63,550 nt of DNA, filler included, from Octopus bimaculoides (GCF_001194135.2; 10 parts of 10 records of this genome joined end to end with filler, not necessarily neighbours in it), one strand, 5' to 3'; positions 39,701-52,957 are shown, counted from the whole stretch's first letter. Notes: generated by a model not told the origin, from the letters alone. Program-made: numbers and translations.

Positions 39701-39811
39701 AGAAAAACTTTGACCAGAATATTAACAGAAACAATGGCAGATGGTCATGTTCAGACCCTTCTGAAGTACCAGGAGTCATGCACACAAAATTTCCTGCAAC
39801 TGTCATAGCTT

Positions 39812-40344
39812 TTGAAGTTGTCAGTAATGAAGTACATGTGATGCCTCCTCACTTCTTTCCACAAGGCCGTAGAGTTAACACTAATGGCTACATTAGGGTC
39901 GTGGAAACAGTTGTCAAACCCTGGATAAATAAAGGACTCTGCACCATCAAATAAGGCTCAAGCAATCCAAGAACGGGTAGCTGACAATTTTCATAACCAC
40001 TTAACCCCAAACATTTGGTCTCCAAACTCACCCAATCCATTGGACTACTATGTGTGGAGTGTTGCTGAGAGAGGTCAATCAACACCAAAGATTCTTTGAA
40101 GGCCGCAATAGTCAATGTAATGTTTGATATGAACAAGGACCATTTAATTCGGGCATGTAAACAATTCAGATCTCGCATATATGCAGCTATTGATACTGAA
40201 GGTTGCTACTGCATTAATAAGATTATAAAGAACATAAACCTAGTTTATATGTGCACATTTTTTCATTAATAAAGTTGTTTTCTATTTTTATATGCATGTT
40301 TTTTTCTAAACAAATTTGTACTCAAATACCTTACGCACTCTGTA
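39812..40344 (+). mobile_element. Tc1/mariner (DD37D/maT-like) transposase C-terminal remnant with 3' TIR
   Basis: Reads VVSNEVHVMPPHFFPQGRRVNTNGYIRVVETVVKPWI...IWSPNSP..LDYYVWSV...DSLKAAI...KDHLIRACKQFRSRI. Ends ACGCACTCTGTA. Confidence 0.85.
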
Positions 40345-41444
40345 TGTAACTATATATATATATATATTCTTTTACTCTTTTACTTGTTTCAGTCATTTGA
40401 CTGCGGCCATGCTGGAGCACCGCCTTTAGTCGAGCAAATCGACCCCAGGACTTATTCTTTGTAAGCCTAGTACTTATTCTATCGGTCTCTTTTGCCGAAC
40501 CGCTAAGTGACGGGGACATAAACACACCAGCATCGTTTGTCAAGTAATNNNNNNNNNNNNNNNNNNNNNNNNNNNNNNNNNNNNNNNNNNNNNNNNNNNN
40601 NNNNNNNNNNNNNNNNNNNNNNNNNNNNNNNNNNNNNNNNNNNNNNNNNNNNNNNNNNNNNNNNNNNNNNNNNNNNNNNNNNNNNNNNNNNNNNNNNNNN
40701 NNNNNNNNNNNNNNNNNNNNNNNNNNNNNNNNNNNNNNNNNNNNNNNNNNNNNNNNNNNNNNNNNNNNNNNNNNNNNNNNNNNNNNNNNNNNNNNNNNNN
40801 NNNNNNNNNNNNNNNNNNNNNNNNNNNNNNNNNNNNNNNNNNNNNNNNNNNNNNNNNNNNNNNNNNNNNNNNNNNNNNNNNNNNNNNNNNNNNNNNNNNN
40901 NNNNNNNNNNNNNNNNNNNNNNNNNNNNNNNNNNNNNNNNNNNNNNNNNNNNNNNNNNNNNNNNNNNNNNNNNNNNNNNNNNNNNNNNNNNNNNNNNNNN
41001 NNNNNNNNNNNNNNNNNNNNNNNNNNNNNNNNNNNNNNNNNNNNNNNNNNNNNNNNNNNNNNNNNNNNNNNNNNNNNNNNNNNNNNNNNNNNNNNNNNNN
41101 NNNNNNNNNNNNNNNNNNNNNNNNNNNNNNNNNNNNNNNNNNNNNNNNNNNNNNNNNNNNNNNNNNNNNNNNNNNNNNNNNNNNNNNNNNNNNNNNNNNN
41201 NNNNNNNNNNNNNNNNNNNNNNNNNNNNNNNNNNNNNNNNNNNNNNNNNNNNNNNNNNNNNNNNNNNNNNNNNNNNNNNNNNNNNNNNNNNNNNNNNNNN
41301 NNNNNNNNNNNNNNNNNNNNNNNNNNNNNNNNNNNNNNNNNNNNNNNNNNNNNNNNNNNNNNNNNNNNNNNNNNNNNNNNNNNNNNNNNNNNNNNNNNNN
41401 NNNNNNNNNNNNNNNNNNNNNNNNNNNNNNNNNNNNNNNNNNNN

Positions 41445-41490
41445 TAACAGCTTTTTCTGGGATATTAGAGATATCCCTTCATCAGAAACG
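41445..41490 (-). ncRNA. Minimal type I hammerhead ribozyme motif, canonical core (Penelope-type)
   Basis: Minus strand reads CTGATGA-A-GGGATAT(CTCTA)ATATCCC-A-GAA-AAAGCTGT. Same family as 16450-16501. The 3' strand of stem I is lost in the gap. Confidence 0.65.
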
Positions 41491-41504
41491 ATATGAGAGA
41501 GTTA

Positions 41505-42202
41505 ACTAGAGGGAAATAGTAGAGTTCAATATAAGGAGTTATTTTGGAAAAGGATGGATATAGGAAGTATAAAGGAAAATAAGAGAATAAAAATAAAAAT
41601 GCGAGTAAAAATATATGTAGGATTTTACAGCTGCAGTTCCATTATCCAAGGAAAGTGGTATGTAGAATGGGTAGAAATGCTTCTTGTCCATGGTATGTAG
41701 ATTCCGATAGGAGTTCATATTTTGTTATTACGAGTGAATAATGTGGAGACATAAATTCCATGTGCAGTTCATTCAAATGTGTCATGTGGTGTGAATGAAA
41801 TTTTGAGAGTGTACTGGCGGGGAGTAAGTAGACAGAGAGAAAAGACATGGCTAGTAGGAGGAGAATGGTATTAGTCTCTCTATCTACTTACCTCCCGCCA
41901 GTACACTCTCAAAATTTCATTCACACTACACGACTCCTTTGAATGAACAGCACATGGAATTTATGTCTCCACATTATCCACTCGTAATAACAAAATATGA
42001 ACTCCTATCGGAATCTACATGCCATGGACAAAAAAGCATTTCTACACAGCACTTTCCTTGGATAATGGAACTGTAACTGTAACATCCTACATATATTTTT
42101 ACTTTCATTTTTATTTTTATTCTCTTATTTCCGTTTATACTTCCTGTGTCCATCATTTTCCAAAACAACTCCTTATATTGAACTTTACTATTTCCCTCTA
42201 GT
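41505..42202. repeat. Long inverted duplication (arms 41505-41840 and 41875-42202, 34-nt spacer)
   Basis: The arms align as reverse complements along their whole length with scattered substitutions and small indels. No Ns inside. Confidence 0.92.
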
Positions 42203-42705
42203 CGACCTGCATAAATCTAAACCTGTAAATTTTAATCTATTTTCAAAAATACTTTCTCATATATTTTTCTAATTTTAAAACAACACTCGATACATTATAA
42301 AAACTTTATCTTTTCCATCTCTGACAAGTGGAAGTATTGTCTATCAATGTGTATCAACAATGGATTCCATTATAATGATAATATATTCGTGAAACGATCG
42401 TAAGATGCATCAATTAACAAATTTTTAAGCTGTCATGTTTCATATATTTATAAATATTTTTAATAAAATACTATTTTAGACGTATACATCTTCGTGAGAC
42501 TTTTTTTTGACATTGAATTTCATGCTATTATTTCAAAATACAATATATATAATCACTCGTATTAATGTCTAAATACTTTATAGTATTAATATTTTTGACA
42601 TTTTATACAAAGAGTACTCATTATAAGTTCAGTGTATAATATTCTAACAGAATATATTTAATTAATGATATATATGTATGAATTTACGAATACATGTATT
42701 TATGC

Positions 42706-42765
<60 letters not shown>

Positions 42766-42849
42766 GCATGCATACATACATACATATATATGTCTGTGTA
42801 TGTACATATATATATGTGTGTGTGTGTGCGTTAAATAAAATGAGATAAC

Positions 42850-43534
42850 AAAACCAAGTTCCTTGGATAACGGTGGGTGGGGCATCGTTTCCCATTCAAA
42901 CTGCTCCAGTCTTTGGAATGTCATCTTCGCCCTATATATATGGCTGAGCATTATCCTGATGGAAGAACACCTTNNNNNNNNNNAGTCTTTGGAATGTCAT
43001 CTTCGCCCTATATATATGGCTGAGCATTATCCTGATGGAAGAACACCTTTCGTCTTGAAACCAAAGATGGTCATTTTTCTTCCAGCTCAGGTGTCAATGA
43101 ATGGTTGAATGACCAAATCCAAGCTTCTCTGCTGGTTCCTCAACATTTACGGTGGGATTTCGTTCCATCAATGTTTCCAGGGCGTCCTCACCGAGCTCTG
43201 CAGATCTTCCAGGACGAGGCTTGTCTTCTAGATTGTAGTTTCCGGCTCGGAATTTCTGGAACCACCGTTGACACTGGTTTATGCTTATTGTCCGATCCCC
43301 GTGTACTGTATTAATATTCCTCGCACTTTCCGGTGCGTTGTTGCCTTTATTGAACTCATAAAGCAAAATATGCCGAATATGCTCCTTTGTCACTTCCATC
43401 ACAGCTTTGAAAAAAATAACTGTTAAAATCGAACTGCACTCTTCAAAACGTTTATAGCAAGTTGATGCAGATAGTTTATCCCGCCTCCTTTGCAATTGAA
43501 AAGAAAACCGCATTATTTATGGGATGACTCAATA
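42850..43534 (-). mobile_element. Internally deleted mariner element with 5' TIR and HTH coding region
   Basis: TIR TATTGAGTCATCCCATAAATAATGCGGTTTT (Hsmar-like). ORF MEVTKEHIRHILLYEFNKGNNA...QCQRWFQKFRAGNYNLEDKPRPGRS, then a jump to FEWETMPHPP near the C-terminus. Confidence 0.9.
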
Positions 43535-43559
43535 TATCATACGAAAGTGTTACGAACAA

Positions 43560-43960
43560 AGATAGAGTGACCCGAGAATGTTATACCAGACTTAGGAAAA
43601 TATGGTAATCTGATGGTGCAAGGTCGGAATTGTAGGCAGGGTGAGGCAACAAGCACTTCCAGCCCATCAAGTTCCTCAGGTTTGAGCTTGGTTACATTAG
43701 CAGGGTGTGCTGGGCATTGTTATGCTGTACGAGTGCGAGCCTTTGATTGTCCAATGGCAGATAGCAAGATTTCAAAACATCCTATGCTTACTGCAGGTTG
43801 AGTATAAATGTTAACATTCAGAGTATAATCATCTGGTACAAGTTCACAGTTCAACAACACCAAAGACATAACGTAACTTCTGTTCAAGTCACCCTTCTTT
43901 GACAACAGTTTCTGAAGCCTGATCGGAACGGAGCCACTAATTTCCCTTACTAGGATCACG
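43560..43960 (-). mobile_element. Second mariner fragment (catalytic C-terminal part)
   Basis: Frameshifted HNNA..H...LMGWK.LLPHPAYNSDLAPSDYHIF, the mariner YSPDLAPSDYHLF motif. Confidence 0.8.
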
Positions 43961-44627
43961 AAAATAGATCCAGCAAGCTAAAGTAGCTAGTTTTAAAATC
44001 TCTGAAATCGATTCAAGTAGTAACGATACTAAACAGTAATGTTTGTTGCCACTTTTACATGGCTGTTTCATGCAGAACAATGTTACCACATTTTAACCCC
44101 AGGAAAACATATTTTCCAGCTGGTTAACGACACACAACCTGTGTCTGTTATATTGCGAGTAAGGGAGCAAACCACTCTCCCTCCAGCGTGGCAAGATTAT
44201 TGTTACAAAATGGAAATACAAGTTGCGAAAAGTCATCAGTGAAAATCCGAAAGAAATGTTTGAGTCAACCCGAGGTGCACACACAAATACACACACATAA
44301 ACACACACACACACACACAAACACATATTCTAGGAATTAGAATTCCAGCATTATATTTCTATTATTTGCGATTTTGGAATAGAATATTTGTAAGTAAATA
44401 CGTAAACTCTTTTTTCTGTTCACATTTTTGCTCAGTATTATATTAAAGAATATTCATTTTCTTATGGACATGCAGAGAATATTGAAAAGTTCTGGTTCTC
44501 ATGCATCTAGAAGGTTCGTTGCTGTTTCGGAGACATGGATTGAATGACGAAGGAAGAGATACGAATAAAGAAACCGCTTCAGAAAATTGTTTGCAAACGT
44601 AGTTTTCTTTTAAATAAATAAAAATGT

Positions 44628-44703
<76 letters not shown>

Positions 44704-45098
44704 GTAATAATAATAATTCTTTCCTTTTCAGTGTGGGGATTCATCAACGCGTAAGTTAAACCAGGAAATACGGTGACACGTCACGTAATCAATTCAAAAT
44801 TGAAGAGAAAAACCGATTATAAGCGAGACAAAAAATAACAATACCGTAAAATATTAAATTAGAGAAAGTAAGAAAGGAAGCAAGCAAGAAAAGAGGGAAG
44901 ATGAGGACATAACCGTTATTCGAAAGATAAAATGTTACATAACTAGACAAACTAGAGTTTTGTTGGTAATGAACAAAGAATGGCGGATGGTAACTGCATT
45001 GGGGGTGAAAAATGATGGATGAAAACTGAAGGAAAACACTGGTGATTGTTTCTTGCCTATTTTCTTTTGAATAAACATATCTTTCTGTCTATCTATCA

Positions 45099-45158
<60 letters not shown>

Positions 45159-45888
45159 GTTTGTCTGTCTGTCTGTCTGTCTATCTATTTGTATACAGGT
45201 ACAGCTGTATGGTTAAAATATTTGCGTCTCAACCATAGGTTTTTGGCATCTCAGATCGCCTCTCGTCAACGTCAACCTGAGTTGGTAGTTAGTACATTCT
45301 ACCATACCTACAAACTAACCAATGCCTTGTGAGTGGAATTAGCTAAACGGAAACTGTGTGAAGCCATTTGAATATATAATATATATTCGTATAATATAAA
45401 AATGTATACATGTATAATAGAAATTATATTTATTAATTACAAAAATAGACATAAACCCTAACAGTTGTTTCGATTCAGACTTTAAAATTTTTAATCAAAA
45501 TAATTAAATCATTATAAAGTTGAGTCTCGTCGGTAGAAAAAATGATATACCATCACATCTTTATGTTTTTATGTGTCAAGTGTACGGAGAATAACTGAGC
45601 ATTGTTTTATAGAAAAATTTCGTATAGATCTTATAAAGGAGGGAAAGAAAGTATGTTTAGAGATATAAATATAAAATATAATATAATATACTCAGAGTAA
45701 TCACTAAAAAGTATAGAGATAAACAATATATAGCAATTAACATTGTATTTAAGTATATTAATATTATGGTAAATATGTTTATAAAATTTAAGTAATAAGG
45801 GTTTATAAAATCGCAAGTAAAAATTAAAATGGATAGAGTTATAGATAAATTTATATACATTTTTGAATGCATATATCAATATAAATAC

Positions 45889-46223
45889 TGTTACGAACGC
45901 CCGCACGTGAAGCATCTCGAACAGAAGCGAGAACTCGCGCGCGTGCGAACGTCGCCGCTCAGTGAGTCGGGATACTCGCCACGGCTAAGCCCCGGCCGGA
46001 GCACGCAACGAAGACAACAGGCAAAAGGAGGAGGAAGAAATAACACGGAGGCCATACGTTGGGTAGCAGAACTAACTTTTTTCTTTCTTTTTACATCAAA
46101 CAAAACATTACATCATCAATACATTGCATAACAATTCAAATAACATAAGCAAAAGTTTACAATCGAGTCCATTAAAAGTTCTTTTACTTTTTTGCTTTCT
46201 TTTCAGTTAAACAACATGTAACA
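45889..46223. mobile_element. Possible solo LTR
   Basis: GC-rich island beginning TGTTAC and with GTAACA at 46218-46223 (TG...CA with short inverted ends). No TSD found. Confidence 0.4.
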
Positions 46224-46348
46224 ACTGACTACTACGATCTCTTGGCTGNNNNNNNNNNNNNNNNNNNNNNNNNNNNNNNNNNNNNNNNNNNNTTAATTAA
46301 TTAANNNNNNNNNNNNNNNNNNNNNNNNNNNNNNNNNNNNNNNNNNNN

Positions 46349-46575
46349 GGCGTCCACAAACATTACTCCCTGGAACTTGTCGGTATTGTACCACGTGGTC
46401 TTTTTGTTTGTTTTGTCACTAATCCTTTGTAGTCTATTCCACTGTTTGTTACGGTATCTAGGTTGTGTTCCATTTCTATCTTTGACAACAATCTCCTCAA
46501 ATTTCTTGTTAGCTCCTCTGTATACCCGGATTCTATCTTTCTGGCTGTATCCCGAAAATTGCATGCGATGCATGA
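46349..46575 (-). mobile_element. Probable Penelope-like element remnant (post-RT linker)
   Basis: Reads MQFSGYSQKDRIRVYRGANKKFEEIVVKDRNGTQPRYR...KKTTWY...VMFVDA, resembling the recalled PLE SGY...G..P.YR...W...V.FV.AT linker. Confidence 0.55.
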
Positions 46576-46896
46576 AGTCTTGAATGTGAATATATATATA
46601 TAGGTATGCATGTATATATGTGCTTGTGTGTGTGTGTGTGTGTGTATAAAACTGTTGCCGATCTTTCCACCCTGACGCGGGAGGCCGGTTTTACATTAAT
46701 GTTTATATGCATCCACAACTGGTTGCATATATTTTACTTTTTGCACAGTTTTTCTACCATTCTGAACATTTTTAACTATTATGTAATTCTGAGCCCCAAG
46801 AAACAGTTGTCGGAATTGAAATACTATGTCTCCTTTCCTTAGTTGTCTATATTTTTTGCACTCCATGTAAACTTATTCTGTAAACATATAAATATC

Positions 46897-47020
46897 TACG
46901 AGGGGGTACCCGAAAGTAACTGGAAACGTTCTCTGTAGGACAAACCCGTTGTAGTTCGGGCTTCTGCCGCTAGAAACCGCTTGATGCAACCCCAGACATC
47001 AGTCTGCCGACTTTTGAGCA
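46897..47020 (+). mobile_element. Mariner-like 5' terminus
   Basis: TACGAGGGGGTACCCGAAAGTAAC, a typical mariner TA+CGAGGG TIR start. Confidence 0.45.
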
Positions 47021-47029
47021 CTACAAAGT

Positions 47030-47500
47030 GTTTTCCATGTTGAGCATTTCTGGATGCACTTCACGAGTGTCACAATATCTTTCCGAACTTGATGTAAACT
47101 TTTTTGCTTGAGGGAAATTCGCTGTGTCGCAGATACAATCTGGCCATATACTTTTCCAAACACTGTTCAAAGTTGAAGATTTCACTTCCCATGACTCAGC
47201 TATATTATCCACAGCATTCATTATGTTGAATTTCTTCCGGAAATCTCTAACTGTAGGTTTATCTTCCCTTTCAGCTGCTTTCATAAATTAATATCTAATA
47301 TCTAATATCAGCTATCACACCTTGATCTATTGGCTGGATCAACGAAGCTGTATTCTTACGGATATATTCTACTCTCACGTTATCAGAAAGGTCACCTAAG
47401 TTTGCTGGGTGTCTCGGTGCATTGTCTAAAATAAGCAATGCTTTGTTGGAAATATTGTGTCTGATACTGCACCCTGCCATCCTCTCTCACTCACTAATGA
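47030..47500 (-). mobile_element. Tigger/pogo DDE transposase remnant
   Basis: Reads KALLILDNAPRHP...NVRVEYIRKNTASLIQPIDQGVI, then TVRDFRKKFNIMNAVDNIAESWE.VKSSTLNSVWKSIWP. Confidence 0.9.
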
Positions 47501-47803
47501 AGGTACTACATCGTTTATTGTACTGTGTCATATAGGTAGAAATGAATTGACCGTGTCCCAGAAACTCAGTGCACTGAGCCCGAAGTTATATAATATACTT
47601 ATTACTGATTTCAGTATTCGTTTCTATATCTGTTGTATCCATGTATATGTATCTCTTGCATGTTTTAGGAACTTCGCAAATTTTAATGGCACCGTTTCGT
47701 TATTGTTTACTCTTTCTGTTACAAAGTGATATATACACTTTAGATTTATTTTGAACTATGTATCCTTAATATACATTTATATCACTCTCTCTTTCTCTCT
47801 CTT

Positions 47804-47844
<41 letters not shown>

Positions 47845-48073
47845 ATTTATCTATCTATCTATCTACCATCTGTCTATCTCTGCTCTCACTCTATCTATGT
47901 GTGTGCATGTGTGTGTATGCGCTTGTGTGTGCATGTGTGTGTATGCGCTTGTGTGTGCATGATGGTATATATANNNNNNNNNNNNNNNNNNNNNNNNNNN
48001 NNNNNNNNNNNNNNNNNTTAATTAATTAANNNNNNNNNNNNNNNNNNNNNNNNNNNNNNNNNNNNNNNNNNNN

Positions 48074-48109
<36 letters not shown>

Positions 48110-48786
48110 GCGAAAACGAAACTAAATGGCAGGGACCAATAGAAGTTCTATCGTAAGAAGATCTTAATTGTTGCGATATAAACAGGTAGACTGCAGGAAG
48201 ATGTTGAATGTAAGTCTGTAGTATTGACATGGCATATTTTGGTAGGTAAATGAAAGTTGTTACAGCTAAAAACATTATAACTGAAAGAAAAGGGCGTGTA
48301 GATTGTCTCTTAGAATCTGCAGATCCCACATGTGGAGCACCAGTGTGTCCATCATGGCTCATCTTTTTAGAACTTCAGCGCAAACCTTTAACCTTGATTT
48401 TTTAATCTCCGCTCAACTTCTTTGTGAACCTAATAATAGGGTCTGTTGTTGGTCGTTCGATCTGCTAGAAATATCAACCAAATGCGCCCCACATTACATC
48501 CAGTTTTCTTTTAAAAATGGAGGAAGATGTATTTGATAAATTAGCCCTGGAAATCCCTAAAATGACTGCCTTTTGATCGTAGCCCGTTCGCTTCATCAGA
48601 GATGACGTCGGACTAAACAACAACTTAACCTTTCGCTTCTATCACAACTATTTCCACTTTTGATTATGTTTCACAAAAATCTTTGTTGACGTCGTTTTAT
48701 TGTTATTGTTGTTACTATTGTTGGTGTTAAGCTCTATTTCATTTCCATGTCACCCCACCGTAAAAATCACTGCTATTATTACAGTT

Positions 48787-48845
<59 letters not shown>

Positions 48846-48995
48846 TTTAGTAGTAGTAGTAGTAGCAGCAGCAGCAGTAATAATAGTTGTAGTGGTAGTA
48901 GTAGTTTTAGTTGTAGTAGTTGTCGTTGTTGTTGCTATCGCAGATGTTATTGTGGTTGTTAATGTTGTTATTGTTGTTAATTGTTACCATTACTG

Positions 48996-49478
48996 TGGAG
49001 GCGCAATGGCCCAGTGGTTAGGGCAGCGGACTCGCGGTCATAGGATCGCGGTTTCGATTCCCAGACCGGGCGTTGTGAGTGTTTNNNNNNNNNNNNNNNN
49101 NNNNNNNNNNNNNNNNNNNNNNNNNNNNNNNNNNNNNNNNNNNNNNNNNNNNNNNNNNNNNNNNNNNNNNNNNNNNNNNTATTGAGCGAAAACAACCTAA
49201 AGCTCCACAAGGCTCCGGCAGGGTATGGTGGCGAACCCTGCTGTACTCTTTCACCACAACTTTCTCTCACTCTTACTTCCTGTTTTTGTGTGTCTGTAAT
49301 TCAAAGGGCCAGCCTTGTCACACTGTGTCACGCTGAATCTCCCCCGAGAACTACGTTAAGGGTACACGCGTCTGTGGAGTGCTCAGCCACTTACACGTTA
49401 ATTTCACGAGCAGGCTGTTCCGTTGATCGGATCAACTGGAACCCTCGATGTCGTAAGCGACGGAGTGCCAACAACAAC
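48996..49478 (+). mobile_element. tRNA-derived SINE family C, full length with internal gap
   Basis: Head GGAGGCGCAATGGCCCAGTGGTTAGGGCAGCGG...GTTTCGATTCCC and tail GTCGTAAGCGACGGAGTGCCAACAAC. Confidence 0.88.
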
Positions 49479-50574
49479 CATTACTATGGTTAGTGTAAAA
49501 CTAATTGTAACTTATGTTCAGAATCGTTAGAAAGCCGGAAAAAATGCTTTGCGCTATTTGTTACGGTTCTTTATGTTCTGAGTTCAAATCCCACCGCAGT
49601 CAACTTTGTCTTATATTTCCTCCCACCCCCGAGGGCTATAGAATAAAGTATCAGTCCGAAAAGAAGCCCAATAAGCGGTTTCCATTGCATCGTGAGGATC
49701 GATCACGAGGAAAATAGTGTTAGGTTACACTTTGGTTTTCAAGTGCAATATTTGAATAAATAAAAATAATGATTTAGCTAAAACTCCAACAAACTCGAAA
49801 AAGAATTGATAACAAAACAAATACAGAACTACGCGGGCGCGCACAAACATACCGAAAACAAACAAAAAAAAACTAAAGTAAAACTACAAGAACAAACAAA
49901 CAAGCAAACAAAAAACAAAGCGCTTCAACCCAATTTAGTTAAACCTCATTCACCCTTTCAACCTGCGAGAACGCTTTATTAGGTGCAATTTCGTTTAACT
50001 ATCCACAAGGAAAACACGAAAATAGACGGATAATGGTTTTGCGTTTACAGCTGAAAATAATGTTTCTGCCAATTAGCAAATCGTACACACAAAACTATGT
50101 GGTCAGGGCTGGATTTAGACCCTGGGCCAACAGCTTTTGGCGACCCCTGTGATATTGGTAATTCAAAGCATAATAAGAAAGCAAAGAGGACCCCATTAAA
50201 TCTAAGGGTCACAAACAGTTTGAAGAGGCCCCAAAACTTCAGTAGATTAAGCGGGGCTCAAATATATTTAACGGCTTTTTAAATCTAAAAGATCCCAATA
50301 AATCAAAAAAGGCTTCAATAATTTTAAAAGGATTATATTGGATTTAAAATCATTTAAACAAGTAAAAAATTACAAATTATCTATTTGATTCATGTAAATA
50401 TATTTTTGATTTTTAACTCTGTTTTTAGCTTCTCTGAATTAAAAGGGGCTCTAAATGCTTGGTGTTCCCTGAGCAATGGCCAAAATTGACCCTTGCATGT
50501 GAGAGCCGCCAGAAGGGTACTTGAGGGTCGCACGCAACCCTGGGAGCTGCGTTTGAGACTTATTTTTAAAGTTT

Positions 50575-50719
50575 GATACTTATTCTAGTGGTTTGTATTG
50601 TCGAATCGCTTACTTGAGGGAATGTAAACAAATCCGTACCGGTTGTTAAACGATGGTGCGGGGATTAACACCCATACATGTACATAAATACAAGCCCCTC
50701 CCCAAAACACACTTATGCA

Positions 50720-50760
<41 letters not shown>

Positions 50761-50795
50761 ACATATACATACATATATATGTGTGTGTGTATGGA

Positions 50796-50846
<51 letters not shown>

Positions 50847-51250
50847 NNNNNNNNNNNNNNNNNNNNNNNNNNNNNNNNNNNNNNNNNNNNNNNNNNNNNN
50901 NNNNNNNNNNNNNNNNNNNNNNNNNNNNNNNNNNNNNNNNNNNNNNNNNNNNNNNNNNNNNNNNNNNNNNNNNNNNNNNNNNNNNNNNNNNNNNNNNNNN
51001 NNNNNNNNNNNNNNNNNNNNNNNNNNNNNNNNNNNNNNNNNNNNNNNNGTATCTATCTATATACAAACATACATACATATACATATATATATGCGTGTGC
51101 GTGTGTATACGACGGGCTTCTTTCAGTTTCCATCTACCAATGCCTTCTGACACAACGCAGTGGTCGGCCCGGGACTATAATAGAAGACACATTTCCAAGG
51201 TGGTCACGTAGTGGGATTGAACCTGAAACCGCATGGTTGCAAAGCGAACT
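50575..51250 (-). mobile_element. Diverged SINE family A with gap in microsatellite
   Basis: Both halves of family A around the Ns. Confidence 0.75.
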
Positions 51251-51704
51251 TCCTCTGTTGCGTTGGAAAATGAGGTCTAGGGTTCCCAGAATATAGCAAA
51301 AAAAAAAAAAAGACAGGATGATCACGGCTGGAAAGCTTTTGACCATAGGCTGTTTGCTCGACTAGGATTGACATAGGGCCTAAACAACAACTTCATCATT
51401 AAAATTCGTAAGAGAGGCGGGGTGATGATGTTGATTGCGGTGGAGTCATAATTACGTAATTTAGTAATTAGTAAAATTGTTACCAGATGTAAGGTTATTC
51501 AGTTAATGAGAACAGTCAGACGTCTTTTGTTTTTTGTTTTTTTCGTTTTCAACCATTGTCTTTGTTGTTGTTGTTGTTGTTGTTGTCATTATTGCTGCTG
51601 CTACTGCTGCTGCTGCTGTTGTTGTTCTTGTTATTTTTATTATTTTCATTATTGTTGTCGTCGTTGTTGCTGCTGTTATTGTAACTGTTACTGTTGTAAT
51701 TCCG

Positions 51705-51972
51705 TGGAGGCGCAATGGCCCAGTGGTTAGGGCAGCGGACTCGCGGTCATAGGATCGCGGTTTCGATTCCCAGACCGGGCATGTTGTGAGTGTTTATTGA
51801 GCGAAAACACCTAAAGCTCCACAAGGCTCCGGCAGGGGATGGTGGCGAACCCTGCTGTACTCTTTCACCACAACTTTCTCTCACTCTTTCTTCCTGTTTC
51901 TGTTGTGCCTGTAATTCAAAGGGGTCAGCCTTGTCACACTGTGTCACGCTGTATCTCCCCGAGAACTACATT
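51705..51972 (+). mobile_element. SINE family C, truncated by gap
   Basis: Near identical to 48996-49360. Confidence 0.88.
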
Positions 51973-52801
51973 AANNNNNNNNNNNNNNNNNNNNNNNNNN
52001 NNNNNNNNNNNNNNNNNNTTAATTAATTAANNNNNNNNNNNNNNNNNNNNNNNNNNNNNNNNNNNNNNNNNNNNATATATACAACGGGCTTCTTTCAGTT
52101 TCCGTATACTAAATCCACTCAGTCACTCCTGCGCATATATATATATACAACATATAATTATTAGGCTCTCGGTATTAATTTTGCCTCTGTTGCTAGTAAA
52201 TGTATGTTTTTTGTTTTTTTTAACGAGCCCACTGGCTGATCACAACCCCAGGGCCTGTTCTAGCACTGTCAATCTAGATATCAATGGTGAGTAATTGAAT
52301 TGCTTCTGTCTCTAGTAGTCGAGCATCCATCACTGAAAAAACCAAACAAGGTTGAAATCACAGGATCTGGTGGTCTCGGTGCTAGAGACAGCAGGAATTT
52401 ATCTCTCCACTAGTAATATAAACAAGAGTGTATTTTGCACCAAAGCGCTGATATGAGAGTTTATCTCATGGTATCGACAGCAGTATAGCTTGTTCTAACA
52501 ACATCCATGTTTATGAGGGGATATTACTTTTCAATATTAATACGGCATCTGTTGCTAATATATATTTTTCATAAACTTCCTTCAGTTAATGTCAACCAAA
52601 TCCATTCACAAGGTTTTTTTTGGTCAGGCCTGAGCTATTGTAGAAAACCCATGTTCAAAGTAGCATGCAGTAAGATTGAACCTGAAATCATGCAAGTTAG
52701 GAAGCAAATTTCTTAATCACAGAATTATGCCAAAAAAAAAACAATAAAAATGCACAAAGAGAAAGAGAAGAGAAACAAATGCCTAGTGGTGCTCTACAAA
52801 C

Positions 52802-52957
52802 CTTGTGCCATCGGACCAGCTCATTGTCAATGTAGTTTGTGTCTCGCAGTGAAGTGAAGCCACGTTGATGAGACAGAAAACGACACAACAACATGGTACC
52901 TTTCTCGCCCAGGTGTAGCACGGAGGGCCGGTGTTTGATTAGAGACTCCAGGTTACT
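52802..52957 (-). CDS. RICTOR: RICTOR internal exon (156 nt, phase 0-0)
   Basis: Acceptor gtttctttcag| and donor |gtttgt. Translates SNLESLIKHRPSVLHLGEKGTMLLCRFLSHQRGFTSLRDTNYIDNELVRWHK, matching Rictor ANLHALIQMKPALSHLGDKGLLLLLRFLS...KWH. Confidence 0.95.

Noticed and set aside
42908-43049. Exact ~66-bp direct duplication in the mariner
   Set aside because: It is separated by a 10-N gap; assembly overlap artefact.
48996-49075. tRNA gene
   Set aside because: The A/B boxes are present but there is no complete cloverleaf, and it continues into a SINE body. The same holds for all other tRNA-like heads.
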